Source of the DNA: a candidate division WOR-3 bacterium
GTDB lineage: Bacteria > Hydrothermota > Tepidihabitantia > SM23-42
Length of the DNA: 64,000 nucleotides
Assembly: GCA_020343595.1 (NCBI GenBank)
Contig: CP070802.1
Span: 297,151-361,150 of the forward strand
Direction: 5' to 3'
A model generated the notes under the pieces. The model did not search any database. It worked only from the letters and a program-made list of their open reading frames with translations, and was not told where the DNA came from. Positions 57,664 through 64,000 of the stretch are shown piece by piece (positions within the stretch are counted from its first letter, which is position 1; every line of letters begins with the position of its first letter). The position numbers and the translations under genes are program-made.

Positions 57664-59227
57664 AGAAGATCTCAGAAAAATACTCAAAGATAAGTTCCCC
57701 GGTGAAGAGATAATCATAGACTACGTGCCAAAAGACAAGGATGGCGACTACTACACAAACCTTGCCTTCAAAATCGCTTCACGTGAAGGAGCGGACCCAA
57801 TGGCCATCGCTAATAGTATCGCCGAGCAAATAAGTGATCCTATCATAGAAAAGATCTCCGTCCACCGCCCCGCATTCATCAACTTCACGCTGAATGAAAG
57901 ATATTTGCAAGAACAGATATCAAAGGAAATAACGCCAGACATCGGTGAAGGTAGGAGAGTACTGGTCGAGTACGTGAGCGCGAACCCGACCGGACCAATA
58001 AATGTTGTGAGCGCGAGAGCAGCTGCCGTTGGCGATGCTCTTGTCAAAATGCTGAGAAAGACAGGGTATCAAGCCTACGCAGAGTATTATGTGAATGATG
58101 CAGGAAGGCAGACGGATCTGCTTGCCGAAAGTATCACGCAGCGCCGTATCGAACTTTCAGGGGGTCGAGCTCAGATCCCCGAGAACGGGTACCATGGTGA
58201 GTACTTGAAGGAAGTCGCAAAAGAGATCATTGCGGAAGGTCTAGAGACATACGAAGATATCAAAAAATATGCCATAGATTATTTCGTCAAAGATCACAAA
58301 AAAGTAATGAGTGATTTCGGAGTTGATTTCGATGTATGGACGCGTGAATCCGACGTGTACAGGTCGAGCGATGTTGACAAAGCATTACAGATCTTGAAAG
58401 AGAAGAACCTGACATACAGCGAGGAAGGTGCGCTGTTCTTCAAAACAACCGCCTTCGGAGATGACAAGGACAGGGTGATCATTACCTCGGATGGTCGTAA
58501 CACATACTTGCTGCCTGACATTGCCTATCACCTGAACAAACTGGAGCGTGATTATGCCCAATTGGTGAACATTTGGGGACCTGATCATCACGGCAGGATC
58601 AAAGGGATATTGGGCGGTATACAGGCACTCGGATTCACTCGCGACAGGCTGCGCATCCTTATCGTCCAGGAGGTCAAGATAAAGGAACACGGTAGGTTGG
58701 TGACAATGTCGAAACGCGCAGGAACCTTCACTTCACTTAGCGATTTGCTGCAGAGAATAGACAAAGACGTGGTACGTTTTTTCTTTCTGATGCGATCATC
58801 ATCGCAGCATCTTGACTTCGACATCGACCTTGCCATGAAGCAATCGGATGAGAATCCAGTGTACTACGTTCAGTATGCGCACGCCAGGATAAAGAGTATC
58901 ATCAGGTTTGCAGCACAGAAAGAGATCGGGCTTAAGAAAAATGCAGATGCCTCACTATTACGCGAAAGTGAAGAACTGACGCTGATAAAAGATATACTCA
59001 AATACCCGGAGGTTCTCAGTGATGCTGTTCGCAACCTTGAACCGTACATGATCACATATCATCTTATCGAGCTTGCCCGTGACTTTCATTCTTTCTATCA
59101 AAAGCACCGTGTGGTGGCCGATGATATTCAACTGACTCAAGCGAGACTCTACCTTATCAACAAAGTCGCGCTAACGATAAAGGCTGGGCTCGAACTCCTC
59201 GGAGTTTCGTGTCCGGAAGAGATGTAA
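57656..59227 (+). CDS. argS: Arginine--tRNA ligase homolog with degenerate HIGH motif (HVGH replaced by NVVS)
   Basis: Class I ArgS architecture with catalytic core and C-terminal DALR anticodon-binding domain. ANPTGPINVVSARAAAVGD appears where ArgS normally has (A/P)NPT(G/K)PLHVGHxR. GTG start at 57656 overlapping the rsfS stop; the longer ORF from 57518 is not in gene context. Confidence 0.7.
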   Translation: MIREDLRKILKDKFPGEEIIIDYVPKDKDGDYYTNLAFKIASREGADPMAIANSIAEQISDPIIEKISVHRPAFINFTLNERYLQEQISKEITPDIGEGRRVLVEYVSANPTGPINVVSARAAAVGDALVKMLRKTGYQAYAEYYVNDAGRQTDLLAESITQRRIELSGGRAQIPENGYHGEYLKEVAKEIIAEGLETYEDIKKYAIDYFVKDHKKVMSDFGVDFDVWTRESDVYRSSDVDKALQILKEKNLTYSEEGALFFKTTAFGDDKDRVIITSDGRNTYLLPDIAYHLNKLERDYAQLVNIWGPDHHGRIKGILGGIQALGFTRDRLRILIVQEVKIKEHGRLVTMSKRAGTFTSLSDLLQRIDKDVVRFFFLMRSSSQHLDFDIDLAMKQSDENPVYYVQYAHARIKSIIRFAAQKEIGLKKNADASLLRESEELTLIKDILKYPEVLSDAVRNLEPYMITYHLIELARDFHSFYQKHRVVADDIQLTQARLYLINKVALTIKAGLELLGVSCPEEM

Positions 59228-59347
59228 ATGAAAAAGGGACAAAAAGGGCTCTAGGAGGCTCAGACAAGGCAGTCGGGGCGACCGTTCAACTCCCCCGGGA
59301 GCCATGGATGAACCCTCTTCTGCCTATGAAATAATGAAGGAGGTTTC

Positions 59348-59815
59348 ATGAATCTTGCAAGTTTACTGTCAAAGGACAGAGTCAATCTATCTCTGAAACC
59401 AGGGAAAAAAGATGACGTCATAAGAGACCTTGTATACACGATCAAAAAAGGAAATGACGCGGAACTCATTGTCTCAACGTTGTTAAAGAGAGAAGAATTG
59501 GGTTCGACCGGTATTGGTAAAGGTATTGCCATACCTCATTGTCGATCATTAGCAGTAGAAAAGCTTGAAATAGCAGTCGGCCGAACAAACAAACCAATCA
59601 ATTTCAATTCCATCGATAAGAAACCTGTTTCTCTTGTCTTCTTGATCATCGCTCCTCCGCAGGATCCTGGCAACCAGTACCTGATAACTCTTGGAAAGAT
59701 CGTTCAGATCGCGAAGGAGATCACCAAAAAGAATCTGATCCAGAAGGCAGAAACACCTGAGGATTTCATAACCCTGATCAATGGTATCGAGAAGAATCTG
59801 ACAAAAAGGAAGTAG
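59348..59815 (+). CDS. PTS EIIA type-2 domain protein (PtsN / EIIA-Ntr-like)
   Basis: Active-site His context GIAIPH. 155 aa. RBS GAAGGAGG upstream. Confidence 0.75.
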   Translation: MNLASLLSKDRVNLSLKPGKKDDVIRDLVYTIKKGNDAELIVSTLLKREELGSTGIGKGIAIPHCRSLAVEKLEIAVGRTNKPINFNSIDKKPVSLVFLIIAPPQDPGNQYLITLGKIVQIAKEITKKNLIQKAETPEDFITLINGIEKNLTKRK

Positions 59816-59817
59816 AC

Positions 59818-60165
59818 ATGCCGGACATTATTGAAATGCATCTGAAACTGTTGTTCGATCTCGACAATTTGATTTCTGACATGGAGGAACCATCCTATAA
59901 GAAGATTGGTTTTCAGATCGAAGAGGAAGCGAGTCTCGTCCTGATACAGAAACGTAATGATTTACTCAAGAAACTGCCCGCAGAAGTCGCCCAGGCATAC
60001 GAAATCCTGAAGAAACGTTACCGTCAGGCGATCGCGCCGGTGGAGAGCGAATTTTGCTTAGGGTGCTTCCAGAAACTACCGACGCAGCTGTCGGCGAGGA
60101 GTCAGCAGATCGTTACCTGCCCGAATTGCGGAAGGATATTGTACTGGCGAAAGAAGGAAGGATAA
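59818..60165 (+). CDS. Zinc-ribbon domain protein (coiled-coil + C4 zinc ribbon)
   Basis: CLGC...CPNCG pairs at the C-terminus. Confidence 0.5.
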   Translation: MPDIIEMHLKLLFDLDNLISDMEEPSYKKIGFQIEEEASLVLIQKRNDLLKKLPAEVAQAYEILKKRYRQAIAPVESEFCLGCFQKLPTQLSARSQQIVTCPNCGRILYWRKKEG

Positions 60166-60177
60166 TACCCTGCTCAA

Positions 60178-60780
60178 TCAATCGTTTGGAGAAGGGGTTA
60201 TTTCGTATTCCTTGAGTACGATTGAGTTCTTACCTGAAGCATCAGCATACTTCACGAACCGGTAAGGATATTCCTGTTCGATGAAGAAGTAGAACTTCCG
60301 GTTCAGGAAAAAAATCCGCGGTTTCATCTTCACTATCCAGCATTTGAATATCCCAGCGGCCGTCTCGACGACCGAGTCACCCTCCACATCGAGGTCAGCA
60401 TTCACGATCATGAATTCAGGTATGTGGAGGCGAAACCGGGTATGGAATCCGGGTTCATAATCGAAACCCCGCAGTGCAAAATCGAGTGTGTGTCGGTCAT
60501 ACACGGGACGGTCATCATCGTACCGGAGTCGACGCCCCTTGAAGAAAACATCGAGGCCCCTGTCCTTTGTTATGACTAACTCGGTTCGGTCGTTGACAAC
60601 CTTCTTGGCGTAGAGGGTACTGAGATCATTAGCGTCCAGGCGGATCTCGATAATCCTGTCTGAGGTATACACAATATTATAACCGGAACTGTCAAGTTCT
60701 GAAACCACTTGGATGCTGCCGATCTTCTCGCCATCGTTAGTCTCGTACACCATGGATTCGTATTCTGGAAGGATCTGCAA
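60178..60780 (-). CDS. Hypothetical protein (start uncertain)
   Basis: ORF begins at a TTG. A strong AAGGAG lies about 35 nt upstream with no canonical start at good spacing. Confidence 0.35.
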   Translation of the reverse strand: MQILPEYESMVYETNDGEKIGSIQVVSELDSSGYNIVYTSDRIIEIRLDANDLSTLYAKKVVNDRTELVITKDRGLDVFFKGRRLRYDDDRPVYDRHTLDFALRGFDYEPGFHTRFRLHIPEFMIVNADLDVEGDSVVETAAGIFKCWIVKMKPRIFFLNRKFYFFIEQEYPYRFVKYADASGKNSIVLKEYEITPSPND

Positions 60781-60892
60781 AAAGACGGCAAAGGTTACAA
60801 AAAACAGAAAGCAGCTCCTTGTACACTCAAACCACTGTTGTTTTAATTAACCCTTGGCAATACACTCCGGTATCCAGGGTACGTCTACGGCA

Positions 60893-61582
60893 CTATTGTT
60901 CATCTCGTGACAACTCATCTACGATGTCGAGCAGATGGATGATATCCTCGACCTCGTAATCCGCACCCGAGTTCTCGGTACCGAACCTGTCACCGTAACG
61001 TGCAAAGACCGTCCTCATTTTCAACAACTTCGCTCCGTAGATATCGCGCTCTGCCCAGTCTCCCACCATGATCGTCTCTTCAGGTTCGACCTGAAGCTTT
61101 TGCAGCACTAGCCTGAAAGGCTCGGGTGCAGGCTTCCTCTTGTTTGTATCTTCGAATGTGATGACAATGTCGAAGATATTGTGGAGGTTCAGCTGACACA
61201 ACCTCAACCATGCTTGTAGACGTGGCGCGTCACTCAAAACCGCAAGCTTTATTCCCCGCTTCATGAGTTCCATCAACACTAACTGAACATGAGGATACAG
61301 CACAAGAGCGGCTTCTCGGGCCCGCCGATAGCCGATTATGCCGGCCGCATGTATCCGGTAGTCGATCATACCAAGCTCGCGCGTTAGGAATTTGTCGAAA
61401 ACCCTCTGATCTTCGATGCCTTCTTCTTCGTAAATATCAAAGATTTTCTCCACCGCTTCTTTCTTTGACATCTTCAATCCGGCATCAATCATTGCGAGCG
61501 CGGCACCTTCGATTGCACGATCCTTCATAACCATGAAGTCAACAAGCGTATTATCGAGGTCGAATATAATTGCCTTTATCAC
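60893..61582 (-). CDS. HAD-IA family hydrolase (phosphatase / beta-phosphoglucomutase-like)
   Basis: Motif I IIFDLDNTL. HAD motifs II-IV. 4-nt overlap with the upstream GalT-like gene. Confidence 0.75.
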   Translation of the reverse strand: MIKAIIFDLDNTLVDFMVMKDRAIEGAALAMIDAGLKMSKKEAVEKIFDIYEEEGIEDQRVFDKFLTRELGMIDYRIHAAGIIGYRRAREAALVLYPHVQLVLMELMKRGIKLAVLSDAPRLQAWLRLCQLNLHNIFDIVITFEDTNKRKPAPEPFRLVLQKLQVEPEETIMVGDWAERDIYGAKLLKMRTVFARYGDRFGTENSGADYEVEDIIHLLDIVDELSRDEQ

Positions 61583-62589
61583 AACCTCTCCCGGAATATA
61601 CCCGCGGCCTTTTCAGGTGCCATGTGGTTAATGTAGAATCCAGTTCCGAGTTCGAAGCCAGTAGTTCGGTACAGTCTGGGTGTGATCTCGATGTGCCAGT
61701 GAAAGTCCGACTTGATAGTTGCCCAATAATTAGCTTTCGGTAAAAGATTCGGGCTATCACACAAAATTAAATTGAAAGGAGGGTCGTGCAGTATGTCGAA
61801 CATTGTTTTGCACACTACTTTCAATACGCGTGAGAGATCCTTAATCTCGTTCTCATCGATCACCTTATACGAGAATGCGTGCCGTTTCGGTACGATAAGG
61901 ATCTCGAACGGGAATCTTGAGGCATATGGCGTGATTACCACAAAATGTTCACTCTGAAATATGAGGCGGTCCCCCATTTCGATCTCCTGCTGGATTATGT
62001 CACAGAACAAGCACCGTTCTTTGTAGCTGTAGTATTCCTGCGTACCGCTTAGTTTTTGCTTGACACGCACCGGTGTCGCTGGCAAGGCAATCAAATCAGA
62101 GTGAGTATGCACCATCGTCGATGCTCCCGCGAGCGGACCGTGGTTCTTAAAGATCAATATATAGCGCATTCGTTTGTCTTTGTGTAAGTCCTCTATCCTC
62201 TGACGGTAGGTCCTCATGACAAGCGCTATTTGTTCCTCACTGAGTTCAAAGAAATTCGTTATGTGTTCCGGCGTTTCCACAATTACCTCGTTGGCACCGA
62301 TACCGGTCACCATGTCATACACCCCGACGCCGTGTTTCTGGAGTTCGCCTTCGACCCGAAGGATAGGGTTGATATTAGGAACGACACGTAGCTGCCATCC
62401 AGGACTGTTAGCAGCACCTTTTGAGCGTACCGCATATATCTCATTAGGTGTTCTACTCTCGTTGCCCTCACAAAATGGGCAATCGCCGGATACGGTTACG
62501 TCGCTTGGCGGTGGCACGGGGATACGGTCGTTCTCGGTGTCAATGATTACCCAGGTATCAGTAACGATATCTCTTCTGACTTCTGACAT
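61579..62589 (-). CDS. GalT-like HIT-family hexose-1-phosphate nucleotidyltransferase (paralog 2)
   Basis: CPFCEGNE Zn knuckle and HTHSD (HxHxQ-like) motif. 336 aa. Same architecture as the gene at 44806-45807. Confidence 0.7.
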   Translation of the reverse strand: MSEVRRDIVTDTWVIIDTENDRIPVPPPSDVTVSGDCPFCEGNESRTPNEIYAVRSKGAANSPGWQLRVVPNINPILRVEGELQKHGVGVYDMVTGIGANEVIVETPEHITNFFELSEEQIALVMRTYRQRIEDLHKDKRMRYILIFKNHGPLAGASTMVHTHSDLIALPATPVRVKQKLSGTQEYYSYKERCLFCDIIQQEIEMGDRLIFQSEHFVVITPYASRFPFEILIVPKRHAFSYKVIDENEIKDLSRVLKVVCKTMFDILHDPPFNLILCDSPNLLPKANYWATIKSDFHWHIEITPRLYRTTGFELGTGFYINHMAPEKAAGIFRERL

Positions 62590-62649
62590 CTGATTCCTCC
62601 TTGTTGATAATGCGCCGGTGCTGACCTACAATCAGAGCTAGTATAAATA

Positions 62650-63285
62650 CTAACCAGATTTTGCCCGGTGTCCAGCCTTGCGGTGGGCGTATCTGAGCGG
62701 TTCGGGTATTCGATATTTCGCCGTAGCAAGAACGAACCGATGGCAATCACCAAGGGCTGTGAGATGACCTGGCGATACGAATAATGGTTTTACATGGCTC
62801 CGCGTTCTCAAGACCAGCCCGATCTTTCTCCCGTGAGCCGTCAGGTATTCGTACGCTCCACGTTCTTGAGCGGGCATACTGTAATGGCCATAGAGATGAG
62901 ACTTTGCGCAGCCTATCGTCGGCAGTCCGAGTGCTACGCCAGCGTGTGAGGCAAGGCCGAGGCTTCGCGGATGCGCAATTCCCTGACCATCGACCATCAT
63001 CAGTTGTGGCTTTTTCTTAAGCCTGCGATATGCTCTGGTCATCGCCGGAAGTTCACGAAAGGAGAGAAACCCGGGCACGTACGGCAGTCTCTCCCGCATG
63101 CTGGCATGACTCTCTTCGACCAGATCGAGATCAGGAAAGAAAAGAACGCATATCGAGCAGTAGAGATATCCGCGCCGGTATGCAACATCTGCTCCGGCGA
63201 CCAATGTAATCTTCTTTTTCAAAGGTGAAATTCTTACCTGGCCGGCAAGGTTAATTTGCCTCTGCGTCAGTACGCCGATTTTCAA
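62650..63285 (-). CDS. nfi: Endonuclease V (deoxyinosine 3' endonuclease)
   Basis: LPYVPGFLSFRELPA, VDGQGIAHPR and GLPTIGCAK match the Nfi catalytic motifs. Confidence 0.85.
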   Translation of the reverse strand: MKIGVLTQRQINLAGQVRISPLKKKITLVAGADVAYRRGYLYCSICVLFFPDLDLVEESHASMRERLPYVPGFLSFRELPAMTRAYRRLKKKPQLMMVDGQGIAHPRSLGLASHAGVALGLPTIGCAKSHLYGHYSMPAQERGAYEYLTAHGRKIGLVLRTRSHVKPLFVSPGHLTALGDCHRFVLATAKYRIPEPLRYAHRKAGHRAKSG

Positions 63286-63291
63286 CGGGCG

Positions 63292-64000
63292 CTACTCTAC
63301 CGTCACGCTCTTGGCGAGATTCCTGGGGCGGTCAACATCGAGACCTTTGAGTGTGGCAATGTGGTAGGCGAGGAGTTGTAGCGGTACCACCGAAAGGATT
63401 GGTGATACATACTCCAGGCATTCCGGTATCAGTATGGAATGTTTGCTGACCGTCCGGGTACGTCGATCGCCCCTGGTCACGATGCATATCGGAATGCCTT
63501 TACGGGTAATGACTTCCTGAATGTTGTTCAGCATCTTTTCGTAGACACTGGACCGAGGGTTGATGCATACGATGGGCATCTTGCTGTCTATGAGGGCGAT
63601 CGGGCCATGTTTCATTTCACCAGCGGCGTAACCCGTCGCATTGATGTAGCTTATCTCCTTCAGCTTGAGCGCGCCCTCGAGGGCGGTCGCGTAGTTAAGA
63701 CCACGGCCGAGAAACAGAAAATCGCGTGAATCACAGAAGATCTCGGCAATCTCTTTTATTTGAGCATCAAGCTGGAGAATTTGCTCGACCTGGACCGGCA
63801 CTTTCTTCAATGCCGTGAAATGCTTGGTCAATTCTGCCTTGTTAACGAATCCTCTTAGGAGGCCGATGTACAGCGCGAAGAAATAGAGGTTCACTATTTC
63901 CGCAGTATAAGCCTTTGTCGAGGCAACTCCTATCTCCGGACCGGCCAAGATTTCAATGATCCCGTCGGATTCACGGTGAATGCTCGACTGCACAACGTTG
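63292..64000 (-). CDS. glmS: Glutamine--fructose-6-phosphate aminotransferase, C-terminal SIS-domain part (5' end outside window)
   Basis: GlmS C-terminus including ...HIATLKGLDVDRPRNLAKSVTVE. Frame remains open to the window edge. Confidence 0.85.
   Translation of the reverse strand, partial: NVVQSSIHRESDGIIEILAGPEIGVASTKAYTAEIVNLYFFALYIGLLRGFVNKAELTKHFTALKKVPVQVEQILQLDAQIKEIAEIFCDSRDFLFLGRGLNYATALEGALKLKEISYINATGYAAGEMKHGPIALIDSKMPIVCINPRSSVYEKMLNNIQEVITRKGIPICIVTRGDRRTRTVSKHSILIPECLEYVSPILSVVPLQLLAYHIATLKGLDVDRPRNLAKSVTVE

Noticed and set aside
59228-59347. GC-rich segment (cgttcaactcccccgggag) between argS and the EIIA gene, considered as a tRNA-like or structured RNA; also minus-strand ORF 59260-59532
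   Set aside because: No cloverleaf can be drawn (no T-loop GTTCRA context or acceptor pairing). The minus-strand ORF overlaps the well-supported EIIA gene start and lacks an RBS. Probably just the EIIA leader with its RBS.
60781-60849. Strong AAGGAG about 35 nt upstream of the annotated TTG start of hypothetical gene 60178-60780, with an in-frame hydrophobic stretch (CFLFFVTFAVF) but no ATG/GTG/TTG at proper spacing
   Set aside because: A CTG start (60807-60805) would fit the spacing, but that is too speculative without proteomic or homology support. Gene kept with an uncertain start.
1-64000. Searched for CRISPR arrays, IS/transposase genes, integrases, rRNA and phage genes
   Set aside because: No direct-repeat/spacer arrays, no transposase- or integrase-like ORFs and no rRNA-like stretches were found. 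The window looks like core chromosome.

Overview
This 64 kb window is a gene-dense (~90% coding) bacterial chromosomal segment with mostly core and envelope functions and no obvious mobile-element or defence island. Three proteins carry T9SS-type C-terminal sorting domains, there are many C-terminal-Phe outer-membrane beta-barrel candidates, and rubredoxin plus a pyruvoyl-type arginine decarboxylase suggest an anaerobe from an FCB-group-like or candidate phylum; this is inference. Main content in order: an RCK_C protein plus HAMP-PAS sensor; a Macro domain / 2H phosphoesterase pair; the pbpC / alpha-2-macroglobulin (thioester CLEQ) pair; a 1303-aa beta-helix + twin FG-GAP propeller + T9SS-CTD protein; a minus-strand string of DASS and EamA transporters, an EEP nuclease/phosphatase with CTD, 5'-nucleotidase, an OMP, pdaD and tRNA-Ala; gmk-yicC-dtd-DJ-1; tRNA-Gly; an NCS2 purine permease; an LTD-CTD secreted protein; LolA-like, PaaI and RimO genes; a TPR protein; a tryptophanase-family lyase; clpC-bamA-skp (skp with a C-terminal extra domain); an LTXXQ / anti-sigma / ECF sigma / rubredoxin operon; glgA with a GalT-like HIT enzyme; a PpiD/SurA-like PPIase; an ABC-2 transporter; two tandem type IV pilin genes downstream of a perfect sigma54 promoter and a sigma54 enhancer-binding response regulator; a short GlmU-like gene; LytR_C, rsfS and an argS homolog with a degenerate HIGH motif; a PtsN-like EIIA; a second GalT-like gene with an HAD hydrolase; nfi; and the 3' end of glmS. 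No CRISPR, IS elements or rRNA were seen. The findings worth follow-up are the sigma54-driven pilin pair with its orphan activator, the HIGH-less ArgS homolog, the giant beta-helix/propeller T9SS cargo, the Macro-2H pair, the extracellular nucleic-acid scavenging gene string, the Skp extension, and the duplicated GalT-like enzymes.
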